A DNA stretch of 63,413 nt, counting the filler, from Choristocarpus tenellus KU-1152 (Eukaryota > Protista > Phaeophyceae), in NCBI GenBank assembly GCA_964200185.2. It is 11 parts of 11 records of this genome, joined end to end, with 100 filler letters (N's around TTAATTAATTAA, not from the genome) between each part and the next. Parts side by side here need not be neighbours in the genome. Positions count along the whole stretch, not along the records: positions 1 to 7,919 come from CAXNAD020005396.1; positions 8,020 to 14,529 come from CAXNAD020007979.1; 9 more parts are not named here. One strand, written 5' to 3'. A model generated the notes under the pieces. The model made no database searches and was not told the DNA's origin. It saw nothing but the letters and a program-made list of their open reading frames with translations. A program made the translations under genes and the position numbers. Shown here piece after piece: positions 1 to 13,750 of the stretch; position 1 is the stretch's first letter, and each line of letters starts with the position of its first letter.

Positions 1-499
1 CTCCTCCCCCACAGACCCTCTTCCGCTCTAGAGTCCCAGGTTCTTGGGATCCCCCCCCCTACCCCCCCCCCCCCCCGCCCCCCCCATCCCCTGTCTGCCG
101 ATGTGGGGATCCAAAAACAGGTGGACAACAAAACACATCCGGTAGCAGCACGGTCAAAACTCCCCGAAGTTTTTGCTTTGCTGGACTCTAAGGTCACACA
201 CATGATGAAAGCGGTCAGTGCTGCTCTTGTGAAAGACGATCGATCGGCTACTGGGGCTGGAAGCAGTGGAGGATTTGCAGGGACTGCAACTAGTTCAAGT
301 GTTGGGACAAGTCTGGTAGGTGGAGGATCGGGAGCATCTCCTGCAGGGGACGCCACATCCAAAGATATGGTGAGTGTTGTGGGGGGGGAAATATTCCGCC
401 CATTCATTGGATTGCGACCGTGCTGAAAACTTGGGTGGTGTAGTGAGAAGACTGTGGTGTGCATGTCCTCATCTCCATAGTACTCAGAAATCTGAATAG

Positions 500-2730
500 T
501 TGCTATTGAGGTCAAGGGGTGATTCAGTAAGCATTTGGTCTGTTTGGGTTGGGAAACCCACCTCTTCCTTTATCTCTCTCTTTTGGAGATAGAGTCTCTT
601 GTTGACATCTCATTTAGTAACCCTATCCAAAATAATCTTGTTCATCATCCCAATCCCTGTTTTGTAGTGGTATTGCTCTTCCTCTCACAACTCAATCCCC
701 CCTTTAAAGACTTGAACAAACTTCAACCCTTCACATTGCCGTGGGGTTCCTATCACCTGTATGAATCCCATTGTCCATCACACCAGGGGCAGTGTAGTCC
801 CTTTAACATAATGGTGACACTCCTTCCACTTCCTCGACACACCCCTCAGCAGCAGTCCCAGTTCCACAAACTAGACAACGCCAGTGTCAACAAGGTATTG
901 TACCAAAACATTATGAGCACAGAACCGGACACATCGCCCAGGAACGTGAGAGTGTCTCCACACAAGCCAAAGGATGCAAACCTTGCCAAGGTGCGACCAA
1001 GATGTGTGTGCCGATGGAAATTGTCCCATTGGGAAGGATAACAGGAAGACAGGGTTAGGGTTACAGGATAGTGTTGACTCGTAACAGTATTCAAGGCCCG
1101 TGAATCGAAAGTCGCCCGAGTGATAGTATGTTAGAGGGTATGAGTTTTGCCCTGTTTGTCCACTACTTGGGGCTTGGCTTCCCACTTCTTTTTTTTAACA
1201 TTTTCCTACTCCAAAATGTTTCGGAGTAGGTAAAATGTAAAGGTTATGAAAAGGTGCATCCGGAGTAAGGATATTGACACTTCCTAACAAACATCATAGC
1301 CAAGAAATTACATCAAAATCGTAACATTGGATTTTGACCCCCAAACGGACATGACTCTACTGTCTAAGATAATTTGACACTCCCATTGGTGGAAGGCAAA
1401 AAAGGGCCATTCCTACCGCAGGAGTATGCCACCTATTGGTAGGGATATACTGCCGTCTATCGGTGGGAATGTATCACTTGGATAGAGCATGAAATTGGAG
1501 AATGAGTAGCCGACGAAAGGAAGTTGTGATATGGACAACAATGCAGTTCCAACGGGGAGAAAAGAAACCAGAGAGGCGTTGCTATTCGCACCATGTCCCT
1601 CAACCTTTGAGTCATATATTACTCTGGAGTAGTGGTTACTACTATTACTATGGCAATATTCTGTGGATGAAACATGCTGCGCATGTTCTATCATCTGACA
1701 GGGCAAATCATTTCACTTCCTCTTCCCGAGCCCTCATCATTTCCCTGTAACCCACCCCACCTTCCGCGCCTCGCAGAGGATGCAGATGAAGATTCTCTTG
1801 GGTCCAGAATACGTCAGTGAGGATGAGGGACCAGACTCAGAGGAGAATAGCGAGGAAGAAGAAGAAGACGCGAGGGACACTTTCGTAGATCGGACCACGG
1901 TGGGTGGAAGAGAGGGATTGGGGCATGAGAGGGTTGGGGCTGGCTGCCTCCAACTTGGGTGTCTTAATTTCTGCAACACTGTCTTCACAACCCATGCCAT
2001 CGCTGTCGCATCTTCATGGAGGATCGTAACTGCCATTCACCACGGTGTCGGAGTCTCCTTCGAAGGTTGCCACCTTTTGCTCCAGGATGCTTCACCCCAT
2101 GTTCCAATCCCCTTAATAACTTTATTACGAAGTACTCAATCTGACTTCATCGCCCTTTTTTAACGGCCAGGTCAAGAAGCTGTCCAACTTGGTACTTGGA
2201 AAAGATACGAGGTCAAGGGGGTCAAGGCGGCGGAAACTTCGCCTGAATGACAGTTGATTTCGTTCTTTCTAGTTCTCCTTTCAACCCTCTTCTCCTAAGG
2301 AACTCCTCCATCCATTTCCTGCTAAATCACTTGATGAAATCTTGAGCCTTCCATGTCCACACTCGTGTGGCAGTATTGTTCTTGTGGACTAAGGGATGGT
2401 AGCTTTGGTTCGAACAATCAAGCTCCAGTATTCCCCATCACTGATCGAATCGTTTGTGGGGGTACATGTCCGCGACACAAGCACCCCCTGTTCCCCCTCT
2501 TGTCCCTCCCAGCACCTCAGATTTGAGTTACCACACCGATTACCCATTTGATTGTTGTTAATGAATGTGTTGGTACTGGATAGGAAGGTAGTGACCAGCG
2601 CTAGGCATGCGCAGGGGAGGCGGGATGTGAATGCGGGCAGAATAAACGTATAGCGTTGTAGATGAGAGATTGGGGGTGGGAAAGGCGCTGTGACTTGTAG
2701 GACCTCACAGGCCTCTCGTACCATTTACTC
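500..2730 (-). mobile_element. Heavily decayed Gypsy-like LTR retrotransposon remnant (integrase region)
   Basis: Minus-strand fragments resemble the integrase zinc finger (ILHEDATAMAWVVKTVLQKLR ... CILCEARK) and core (SGDFRFTG ~ SDRDPRFT; TLTLSSCYPSQWDN ~ SSAYHPQ; FWYNT). Many frameshifts; interrupted by a MITE. Confidence 0.4.
1118..1380 (+). mobile_element. MITE family A copy (about 260 bp)
   Basis: Degenerate TIRs gagtgatagtatgttagagggta ... tactgtctaagataatttgacac. Interior aligns with the other A copies. Flanks gccc/tccc. Confidence 0.9.
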
Positions 2731-3622
2731 ACATAATGATGTCTTGGAAGTGAAGTGTGCAAAAACTATCTTTATTTTGCGTAGAGTGAGAAGATTGAGT
2801 TGCGCCTTGCCTCTTTCATCACGTACACGGCACCATGGGCGCACTAATTGCACAGTGAAGTAAATTTTGGGGAGTGTAATTACTGTTCATTAAAACCCAA
2901 GAGACTTCTGTATGTGGAGTCCTGCACGTGGGGACAATGAAGGACCTTCTTCCCGCCGAGATTTTTGAACTATTCCTACAAGTTTAATACGCCTTCAGAA
3001 CCAGGTTATATATACTGTGAACAAGAAGTCGTGTTGGTTTCTCTTGCTCTATCTGGAGTATTCTACCACCCTTAATAAACTAGAAAGTATCTCCATAGAC
3101 CATAAGTATCCCGTTTTCCTCCCTCAGGACAAAGGGAACAGAGAGTACAAACCACCCAGAAAACGCCTCCATAAAAAATTACCTTGACTTCATGATATTC
3201 AGTTCTTGTTGCATTGCTGTGACCACAACTATTCTTTGGGGATTAAATTGATCTTGATGGGAAAAAATTCTGATTAACACCCTGAGGTGCCATGACTACA
3301 CTAATCTCCACCTGGACACCGATTGCAAACCATTCTCCTTTCATCAACCCCAGACGTTCCTCAATACCTCAAGTTGAGGACAATAGTGTTGTCAGCTATG
3401 CCAACATACACCATGAGACCACCTGTTGCTTCTAGAGGAGAAAAAAACAGACTTCCTCCCACTTGCCAATATTGTACCATCAATTATACTCTCCACAAAT
3501 CCAACAAAGCACTTATCAGGGGCCTACAGCACACGTAGAGTACTTACTCTATTTCTGGCAATCAACAAATCCCGGCAAGTGCCTCACACTTTCCTAAAAT
3601 TACAAGACAGAACACAGTACAG

Positions 3623-3655
<33 letters not shown>

Positions 3656-4842
3656 TGATAGATCAAAGCCTAAGTCACGCTGGCCAGACCCCAGTAACAG
3701 TTCATCAGATCGAATCAACCTGGGACTAAAACTCATTACAAATGAGATTGATCCAACTACAGGCATCACTGTCACCTTGACTGTCTCCAGTAGTTACAAA
3801 GACTGATTTTTCGTCTCCCAGACCTCCCACGCCATTGAGGTCTTGATGTGGGCGTGGCATACATCTAGGACCTCTACTATTGCACCATGCTCTAGAGCTC
3901 TACAGCAGTACACCCAGACAAGTGCAAGGGACAGGTCTCTACTCACCTATAGAAATGTGTTGAGATTTCGGGCACCAACCACACTACTGTTCTCAGTAAC
4001 TCTATTATTTGCTGAGCCTCAATGCATGCCTGCCGTGAGTGAAAGGGGACAGGCTATGGTAGGGGGTGAATTCAAGAGCTTGGCGGTGGTGGTGGTGCTC
4101 AACGTGCCTGTAGGGAAAGCCCTCCCTCACCCCGAGGAAACTCCAGGCCTTATCCTGAGCATATTTGATTTATGGACAGGATTCCGAGTCCCTCTAGCTG
4201 AAGCTTCGAGGGGTCCCACCCACTTCATCTTTCCAGCATCCCAACTTCAAGTCACATGGAGGGACCAGATCAAGTTTTACACAAGTCAGTCAGTCACTAG
4301 GGTTTGTCCTTGTCCAATGCTAGAACAAGATGTGAGCGGGTTAGGAAGTATTGGCAGGGGAGGCGTTGGTCTCGCCTGTCAGGGGAGCAGTAACCCTTCC
4401 TAAAGTACAGAATTGAAACAGAACAACTAGTTCGAAACTGTTATCACTGGAAGCAAAATCAGGTGCCAAAAAAATGTTGCCTCATAACTTCCAAGTTGAC
4501 AGCATTGGACAACATTATAATCCCAAATATTCTGACACGATGGCATATTGTCCTCTAGCGGTAGAATCCAACTAGGGTAGTCATTTAAAAATGATCTCAC
4601 AGAGGTCCCTCAGGAGAATGATACTGATACGAATTCATTGCGAACACATAGCAATGTCTTGGGCATGAATTTCAAGCGCTGCCACAATGCTGCCTTCTTG
4701 CAGATGATACATTCAAGTGAATGTGAATGCAACACTCTTCGACTCAAAAGACATAAAAGAGACAAACGATCCTAACTTCTAACTTTTGGCTACTCTGTAC
4801 ATACAGTAGAATACTCAGGAGTACTTGGTACTGCACATTAAT

Positions 4843-6364
4843 TCATGGTGTAGCTAGCACCCACCGATTGCGTCGCTCTGGTGGTGGAATATTTCCTGAA
4901 GCAGGCATCCTGAACACCTTCTTCATTCTGTCCATGTCAACAGAATGATCATTAGCACTCGTTCTCGACTCCACCCTTGTTCTGCCCCTAGAAGCGACAA
5001 ACGTATCATAATTAGCCAAAGCGCCATCACGGGTCCACTTTCCCCCCAAACCAAACTCCGGTTTGGGGCCTTGAAAGCGCCCTCGCCACATTCGTCCTGT
5101 TCCATCCCTGTCATCCACCCCAAGCAGGAGTTCGTCCACTTGACAAGACGTCAGCCTTGTCAAACCATTTCTCACAGATGGCTTATCGAAAGTTGGCCCT
5201 TGCTCCTCCTCCTCTTCCATCACCTGTCCCCCCCACCGAGATTCCTCCCTGTGTGATCCAACGGAAGTTCCTAGGCTTCCACCATCAACATCACCACCAC
5301 TACAACTGTTATTGCTCCCTCTCAAGCCTGACTCCCCCTTCACTTCTACAGCTGTGATACGCTCTCCCCGTGAAAATTCTTGTACCTCTGCCGCTGCTGC
5401 TGCCAGAGCTGTCTTGACTGCTGCCGAAACAGCGGATTGGACTTCCTTTGCAGAAAGTGGAAGCTTCAGTCCTGGGGAAGAAGAAGATACCCCATGACAC
5501 CTCCTCGATCCATCAAGGCTATGGTCGCTTTGGGTCTGATTAGCCTTGGTGTCAGCCGTTGATTGTGCCATCGACTTCGCCGATGATCCTGGCACCCTAG
5601 TGGCTCGGCCTGGATTTGGTGTGACCCGTCTTTCATTCCTCAAAGTCACCATTATAGCTCCTGCTGGGTCTAGCTGAGGGTGGTGAGGAGAGGGACGTTC
5701 TGTAGGACTCAGTCGCCACAGTTGGGCACCTGGGGAGGAACTAGTGTTTGATGTTGCAGCCAAGGAGGATGCAACAAGGTACGGCATTCCAAAGGTGAGC
5801 GGGGGACGGAGAGGGAGGACTGATGACGATGTGTCTCTGCATGTCTTCTCTTCCTCTGGAGCAGGAGGTGATAAGAGCTCATTAACCTCGGCGAGCATGC
5901 GTTCTAACTCACGATTTCCATGTTCTATTCGACAGCGAACACTTGCAGAGCCCCTTGCAAGCTTGCGCAGGCAGAGATCACACTCCTGGAGACTTAGGGG
6001 TTCTTGATGGTCGCACATGCCTGGTTCAACCTCATCAGCAAATACCGACTTCTCAGCCCCTACATGGATCCCAGCATTCCCACAATCAATGTCATCATGA
6101 CCTCTCTGCATGTACAGTCGACTTGCCCCAGGACTGCTTCTACATCTCGTACCATCCCCATCCCCATTGCAGATACCCTCTTCACTGTCAGGGCTACATA
6201 CTGCAGAGTGAGAAAGAACAGAGCCAGGCGTCGAGGTGACAGGTGGGTCCTGGAATGTAATCCCTATCTTTATCAGTATCTTCCGCAGAGACTCTTCCGG
6301 CAACCGTATCCTGGGGTCTGCACCAGGAGCTGCATCATGCAACAGCTCCCACACATCAATCTCC
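4843..6364 (-). CDS. Terminal exon (about 506 aa, low complexity) of a hypothetical protein; N-terminal part weakly EF-hand-like
   Basis: 1.5-kb open frame. Acceptor tctag|ggagatt at 6364 joins in phase to exon 6871-7103 (...THLAR|EIDVWELL...). Stop at 4843. Confidence 0.8.
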
Positions 6365-6590
6365 CTAGATCTATCATAGGTATTGTGTGAAGGGAAGGGA
6401 GGTTGAAGAAGGTTTCTGGGCTAAGGGACAGCACCGTGAGCTGTACTAGTGTCAAGGTTGAGGTCGTAAGAGAGGATGAGTATGGGAGTTCAACGGCAAT
6501 TGGACTGGCATGATTGTTGACAGTTTGTACGAGTCAGCACCATGTTTTTGCGGTTTTTGACGGCCATCTCAAAAGCGCCATGTTTCTTCT

Positions 6591-6828
6591 GAGTGAAAAT
6601 ATCTTAGAGGGTACGAGTTTTCCCTGTTTGTCCATTTCGGGCTTGGCTTCCCACGGGTTTTAAGGACATTTTACCTACTCCAAAATGTATACATTATGAA
6701 AAGGTGTGTCCGGAACAACGATATTGACATCTCGTAACAACCATGATAGCCAAAACTACATCAAAATTGCAACATTGAATTTTGGCCCTCAAATGGACGC
6801 AGCTCTACCCTCTAAGATATTTTGACTC
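6591..6828 (+). mobile_element. MITE family A copy, intronic, with internal deletion
   Basis: TIRs gagtgaaaatatcttagagggta / taccctctaagatattttgactc; tct/tct flanks. Confidence 0.92.
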
Positions 6829-6870
6829 TCTGCTCTGCACAACATCAATAACAATTTTTACCAGTTTCAC

Positions 6871-7103
6871 CTGGCGAGATGGGTCGCCTGCATGATCTTA
6901 CGCGTTGCAGAGCACAGGGTGAGATCCCCCTTGCACCCTTTTTCCTGACAAACACAGTACCCATGAGCATCATCGTCCACAATGTCGCTCTCGGTGGATC
7001 CGTATTGAGGCTCTCCCTCTTCCTCACTATTGCTGCCCCGGCACCTGCCTTTCCCGCCACCGCTTTTCCAGTTGGGAGTGTGTTTGTCTGAAGAGCTGAA
7101 GAC
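6871..7103 (-). CDS. Internal exon of the same hypothetical gene (VFSSSDKHTPNW...ATHLAR)
   Basis: ttttcag| acceptor and |gtgaaa donor; open frame; phase matches the 4843-6364 exon. Confidence 0.75.
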
Positions 7104-7919
7104 CTGAAAAGCACAACAACCACAAAAGAATTGAACAGTATCTGTCATAGGAACAAAATAAAATATAGCTTGAGAAGGAGAACAAGAAGTACAATGATTT
7201 TGAACCTTTGTTTTACAGAGGATGCAGATGTCTTGGTGGCACCTACTGGGGTCCCACTAGTGACAGAGCAGAACTGAGATGCACTGCAAGCGTCCACTGA
7301 CTGCTGGAGCAAAAGTTGACTTTTCCTGAGGGTGCAATCCGTAACGGTACAACTACATGATGTCCTTCAAACCTTCATGCACACATTGAAGAGAGGGGCC
7401 ATGACTGTTCTGTGTCAGGCATTGGGAGCAATAAATGATTCAAAGTATGTGTCAAACGGCGGCAGACTTCAAACGATAGAGACTGAAACAATGAATCAGA
7501 GCACATTTAAAGTCTGAGCATGACCATTGGGTTAGTTCTCTCAAAGATGGCGGAGATCAGTCTGACATCTTCGAAGACAAATAAATGGGGTTACGTCATT
7601 GAAAGATCAATTACTCCTTTGTGGGATATCATGTGGGATTGAACTTTAGAAGTCTCAACCAAGGTAGCCCACTTGAGTCCTCCTCCTTCAAGAGGTGGGT
7701 GCAGTACTTGTATTCATGAATACGTTCAGCAAATAAGCCACCAACTTCCGAGTAGTGGAACATATGGGGCAGGTATGTCACTCGAGAAAGGTCAAGTATG
7801 GGGCAAGAGTCCATTCAACGAAGACTCCATGATTTAAGATAGGTGATACAGCCAAGGTGTTTGTTCTTATGACTCCTTTAGCGCAGTGTGAGCCAAAATA
7901 TCTGGGGGGGGTGGGGGTG

Positions 7920-8019
7920 NNNNNNNNNNNNNNNNNNNNNNNNNNNNNNNNNNNNNNNNNNNNTTAATTAATTAANNNNNNNNNNNNNNNNNNNNNNNNN
8001 NNNNNNNNNNNNNNNNNNN
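7920..8019. other. Artificial gap/linker. Same at 14530-14629, 19753-19852, 23212-23311, 26113-26212, 29422-29521, 32191-32290, 40210-40309, 42904-43003, 53044-53143
   Basis: Identical 100-bp N44-TTAATTAATTAA-N44 structure, which places stop codons in all six frames. Confidence 0.98.
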
Positions 8020-11000
8020 GTCCCCCAGTCATTTAAAGTTCAATGGGTATTTGGATGGTCGCCCCCCCCTCCCACCCTGGTAATTGTAAGTTTTTAGTGA
8101 GTTATGAGTTAAGTGGAGTGATTGTTCCCGCCAATGGATACCTTTTTTTTTTTCTTACTACTCATCCCATCCTCCTCAACAATTCGCTAATCCATATTCT
8201 TACTGCCACGGAGTAGAGTACACTAATGAGTACACCAATATTAGTGTGCTGCGGTATGAACATGCACTGCCTGAGCATTCTCCACTGCTGAGAGTGGATT
8301 GTGCATGGTAGGCCTGTGCCTAACTTTCTTCAATAAAACCACCCTCAAAATCAGTCTCTACCATGAAATTTCTATCAGGGAGCTTGACCCTGCTCCCCCT
8401 TTTTCAGCATTGTTAACAGGAAGGCGTGAATATAAATTGCTTCTTTTTTTTGCTTTGAGAATCTAAGTTTGTTGATCAACCAAGGTCGTTATTTATTTGA
8501 ACCTCTACCTCTAACCCTAACCCTACCTCTACTTCTTTCTTGGAACTAATTGGAAGAGCTTGTTTTGCTCCGTATTAGTAGTCCTGATTGAATACGGTAC
8601 TACTTTTTTTTTCGAACTTCTGATTTGTAGTCTTTTGTTAAAATGATGTCAATGTTCCTTCCAAGACAGGTGTCTACATTTGCCAAGCTGGTGGGTAAGA
8701 GCTTTGAGGTGCAGTTTAGTATTGCAGTGATCAACACACTGCTCACCACAGCCGGGTGCGTTCTTTTCATATTTTGGTCCTCCATCTGAACGTGTTGTTG
8801 CCTACATGTTCCCAAGTTGTTTCAGAATGCTTTGGAGATAGTTGTTGGTGCCTCTCAGGATACATCCATTTTGCATGGTCCCTGCTGAAAATAACATTGC
8901 AAATAACATTGCAAGTAAAGAACATGTGACTAACCTTTGTGACTAACCTTCAGATTGCCTAGCGTCTTGCTTGATCCATTAAGTAACGCTTGAAGGACCT
9001 GTATAAATTTTAAAAATCATTAGGAGAAACAATAATATATATTTATTGTTCTTTTTGTGTTTGTCAGACCTCCACGTTGATGTAGTGAGATATACTGGAC
9101 AAGAATAGACTCACAATGTGTAATGGCAGGAAGTGTTGAAGCACAAAATTTTAATATTTTGGGAGGGCTTAACAACAACCAACCTATCCTAGTTGGGTGC
9201 TATTTTGTTAATCTCCAAAGTGGTGAAAACAGATTTAGAATCCTATCTATCTGGTGGCATTTGTGTTTGAGAATAATTTTGGAAGTATATTTAGAGGAGT
9301 GCAGTGCAACCCAGAATTAATTTATTTCCAAGAAGTTGGTAAAACTAAAACTAATTGTTGAGGGCTGGGCATGAAGGAGAGTACATCAATACAAAAACAG
9401 TACCTTGCCATTTTAGTTGCACTGGTAGTTGATGCCTTGGAGCAGTTTACGATCAATGAAGGAAAGCGTCGGAATAGGAAGCCAGTTATTTTGTAGGACA
9501 AGCCTTCAAGCATAACTCTGTATGATAAAAAGGTATATCCTTTGCAGTCAAACTCATATTCCCTTGTAGTATTTGAAAAGTGTTTTTTTCTCCCCGGTAG
9601 TTTTTTTTTTTAGCTGCCAAGTTGCTAGCCTTTTAAAAAAAAATAGTTCTGGCACGTCTTCAAGTCAAAAAGAATGAACACGCACCCTCTGTAGTCAAGA
9701 ACTGTTCCACACACCCTTTTTGTAGTCCTCGAGAGTGAATCAATCAATCAACCAATCAACTGCTGTGGTGGTCTATGTCTTGTGTGTCCTTCCAAAGACG
9801 AAAAAACAGAAGGTTGAGGAATGCAATGGAATGCATCAATCACCACAATGTTTAACAGGAGGAGCAGAAGCAGAACATTTTGTGATGCATTGACTCTGAC
9901 AACATTGCTGCTTAGACTCCTACCATACAATTGATTCTGCAAGGGGAAAACTGATCCAAGTACTTGATAAAATTGTACCATTTATTACAATATTATATGC
10001 CAACCAGTGCCAGCGTAACCCTTTGGGGTGTCTCACAGCCTTGCCTCTATCCCCCTTTATTTCTCCTGCTACCTTGGCTGCTGTTGATGATGATCTTTGC
10101 ATTCTTGCTGTTTCTCCTTTGATACAATAATGACTGTGTGACCCTTCATGTTATCCAAAAAGCACAGGCTGGTTGCCCTTGGTGTTAGTGGTCCTCTAAT
10201 GATATCTTTCATAGTGTTTGTGTGCAGCTTTGTCCCTGTGGTAGGAGTGTTCTTATCAACACTGCCCATGGCGGTGGCTGCTCTCTCCGAGTATGGTGTC
10301 AGCAAGGTGGGTTTGGACAAGAATGTTTTTTTTTTTATGTGCCACAACCACAGGGGGCTATATTGAATTGTTATAGAAATAGGATAGTAGGATAATCTTA
10401 CAGTTACACTTCAAACTGGAACACTTTTGAGCGGATACACTCTGTATCAAATCAAAAGGTGTCTCGGATATAGCTTCAAATTACAGTAATGAATCACCAC
10501 TCTCTGGAACAGTACTTTGATTGGGGAGGGGGGGAGAGCTCCTATGTGCAAGTAGAGGACATGCTGTACATCCCTTTGTGATTAAAGAAAATATTTGCTG
10601 CATGCTGTTCACATGGTAGTAGACAGTGCCATGGGGAAGGCAAATATGCAACAAGGAGGGCCTTGTCTAGAACCATAGAGGGTGTGCAGAAGTGGCTTCG
10701 TGTGGAGTGCTATTAGTTATTCTTACTCTTGACAGTGATCAACTTTGATTCAACCAAGACCTAGTATGATGCATGTATGTGTGCAGGGAAGGGGGACATG
10801 GTTGATATGCTTCAAACATGATCCAGTGTGAATATATTTTCTTGTCTGTTATTTTCTGTTGAGGTAGAAGAGGTATGAGAAGTGTGGGTTAACCTGGTAC
10901 TGTTGATCAATTTTAGTAACCTTGGTGTAAGAAAGTTGATCGCTTCAAACATCTAGGGATACCTAGTCTCATTTCTAGTAATCTTGGTGTTTTGATCTGA

Positions 11001-11399
11001 GAAGAGGTTTGTGAAGTTGTATTTTGTTTACATGGCATTGATGTTGCTGCATGTGGTGAACTCCAATTGTGACATTATGTGTTATTCTTCAGGGAAGCAT
11101 CTCTTGTACGGAGTATATCCAACTTTGCCATTCTCACAGCTGTATATTCTTTATATTTATGCTTTGTACTTAGTACTTGAAAATATCAGCTAGTGGTGCT
11201 TTTTGCTCATGCTGTGGTAGTCATCACCCCTATTTCATTGCTCATCTGTTTTGGGACCACAGGTGATGCAGGTGATCCTTATGGTGCTCGGAGTCCATGC
11301 TGTAGAGGCATACCTCCTCAACCCTCAAGTGAGTCTCCATCCCCCCCTCTCTATTTGCTCATTACCTCTGCCATACACGTAGTACATTAATGTGTTCAG

Positions 11400-13750
11400 T
11401 ATTGTTGTGTAGTTCTCTCTCTGAAATATGCCAAGGTTGAGTGGTAGGGGCCATCAAGAACAACCTTTACACCACTGGATTGAACATCCCCTATGTTAAT
11501 TTTCACAACTTGGGAAGATATAATGCATAGCACAAGCATTCCACAATAGTACTGCTGCTTATTTTCATGGTGTAATTTCTTTGTCCAGACAAACCTCAGA
11601 ACATGTTTCAATTGCCATGATTTGGATAACCTCAGAGCATTGTTTGTCTTCAACATCAGGCCCAAATGGATAACCCCTGAAACTTTTAGATGTGAACAGA
11701 ACGAGCACGATGGATACATTTCAGCATATATCAGGGTGAGGAAAGGTTAGTGTTTCATACTCTCATGCATCTATGTCCAACTTCTCCTTGTGGAAAATAT
11801 ATTCCTACCGCCCTGCAGATATACTCAACACATCTTAAGCTGCACCCAGTGGTGGTGATTGGTGTCCTGTACGTGGCAGAGCATCTTGTGGGTGTGCAAG
11901 GTCTTGTAGTTGCTGTTCCCTGTGCAGTGTATGTAATCAACAATCTCATACTTGGAGGAAATAAAGAGGAAAAAAATATCCTTCTCTTGGATGGAGAAAT
12001 AGAAAGAGCTGACAGCCCTGGAGTCTCGCCAGCTGTGGCACCTTCCAGTTCAGCGAGAGGTCCTGCTACACTGTAGGTTTCAGAGGATGTGTAGAGACCT
12101 ATGAAGTCTCTTTCTTGGTGTTGGTGGTTGAGTAAGATTACATTGTATCAAGAGTGTGTTGCCTCTCATGACAAATTATCCCGTTACTTACTGATGCATA
12201 TGAACAAAAAAAAAATTACCTTATTTTAATGATGGGTAAAAATAGGCCAGGATGGGGGGTGGGAAAAGACATGGTGGATTTAGTGGGTTTTGCAGTGCAT
12301 TTGAACGGAATAGTTTGTGGATGAGGTAAGGCAGTCTAGAGCTCTACAGTGTTTTTCTGACATTGCAGCAAAGGGAAGCTTAGGGTCGGTGTAGAAGGCT
12401 GGCACCCTTGGAAGTATTGTGTACTGTTGACTGAGACCTATTTGTGTCTCACATCCATGAGTGACTGGAGTTGTAGTAGAATTTTGTTGAACTGAAAAGG
12501 CATGAGCACAAGCCATGTGTTGCAAAGTGCTGTGCTGCTGTAGCAAAGTGTAATGAAATTGCTCAATTGGGGCCAAGGGCATATTGGAAACTCAGCTACT
12601 TGAAGGTGCAGTATGTATTTAAACCTTACTATGGTGGCAATAATAGTAACGGTTACACCATTGCCTCATGTGCCGTTCCATGCTCTTTGCATTTTCTTCA
12701 TTGGAACAAGATGTTCTCATGATGCTTGTGGACTTCCTATCTGAAGTCGCATACCTTACAAGATAAATACAATCAAGAATTGGTCGTGTAGCATTTTGAC
12801 ACAGCTAATGGTGGTTTAATCTGATTAATTTTTGTGCATCACCCTTCCACATGATTACTGTGTGAGGTTCCTTCGTGTCACACCCCTAGTGCTTGGGTTA
12901 AGATGTGCCTGAACAAGGCTCTTGTGGCCTACTGGTTGCTGACTGTGTCATTGGGGCTGTATTGGATGTGGGGTCACTTTCAAATGATGCTGACACCACA
13001 CCCTACCATTGATATCATCCCTATCTTGCATGTGGCCTTTATTGAAGTACAGGCTAACAGCAACCTGTAGGCAGCATCATGTATGTACAACATTGTTATT
13101 GCTGCAGTTGTGACTCCCAGGTGGTACTGTAAAGAGAAGGAGAATGATTCAAACCATTTCGTTATGGAATATGCAGGAAAGTTGTAAACTTTAAAATACA
13201 GTTGGTTGGGGAAAGGTCCTGGGATTTTTATGGGAAATGTATAGAGGCAGGAAGAGCACGTGTTTACCCCAGATTGCATCAATGATGGCAAAACCAGTCG
13301 TACCGTACACACTGTATCGTGTAAATTTTCCAGAATACCTTTCAGTGTGAGCAAAGGCACATTCTGATGTGACTGATTGTATATCACTCTTCTGCGTGGA
13401 CTGACTTCATAGTTCCTCTTCACCACCCCACTGCGGTGGGAAACACCACTGATCGACAACAGGTATATTATTAGGGAAACTTTTGTTGAAAATGTTCGTC
13501 CTCAGGTCAGACGACATTTTGCATTGAGTGTCCGGGCAGTTACAAACTTTTCTGGCCCTCAGGATGCACCACTCCGTTGGTGGTCAGTCTACAAAAAGAT
13601 GTAAACCCCAAATGGACATCAAAGGCCCGCTCTTTACATAACAGGAACAATGCATGGAGTAGGGGGGTGAGTCCAACACTGAGAGGGTTAGGAATGTTGC
13701 AGAATGAGTATATTCTATTTGGCTCAATGTGATGCACAAAAAGTTTTACT
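11400..13750 (-). mobile_element. Decayed Gypsy (Ty3) pol remnant in RT-RNaseH-INT order
   Basis: RT-like VVKRNYEV...PLLTLKGILENL...SG (about 13450-13270) and RDDI (about 13020). RNaseH-like APIEQF...FYTDPK (12570-12380). INT-like TYRTPITTTGCS (about 11870). Confidence 0.55.

Noticed and set aside
3100-4420. ORFs 3426-3806 and 3843-4403
   Set aside because: No recognisable domain or convincing splice pattern; probably decayed TE sequence.
7964-7975. TTAATTAATTAA recurring ten times
   Set aside because: Always centred in identical N runs; it is an artificial linker.
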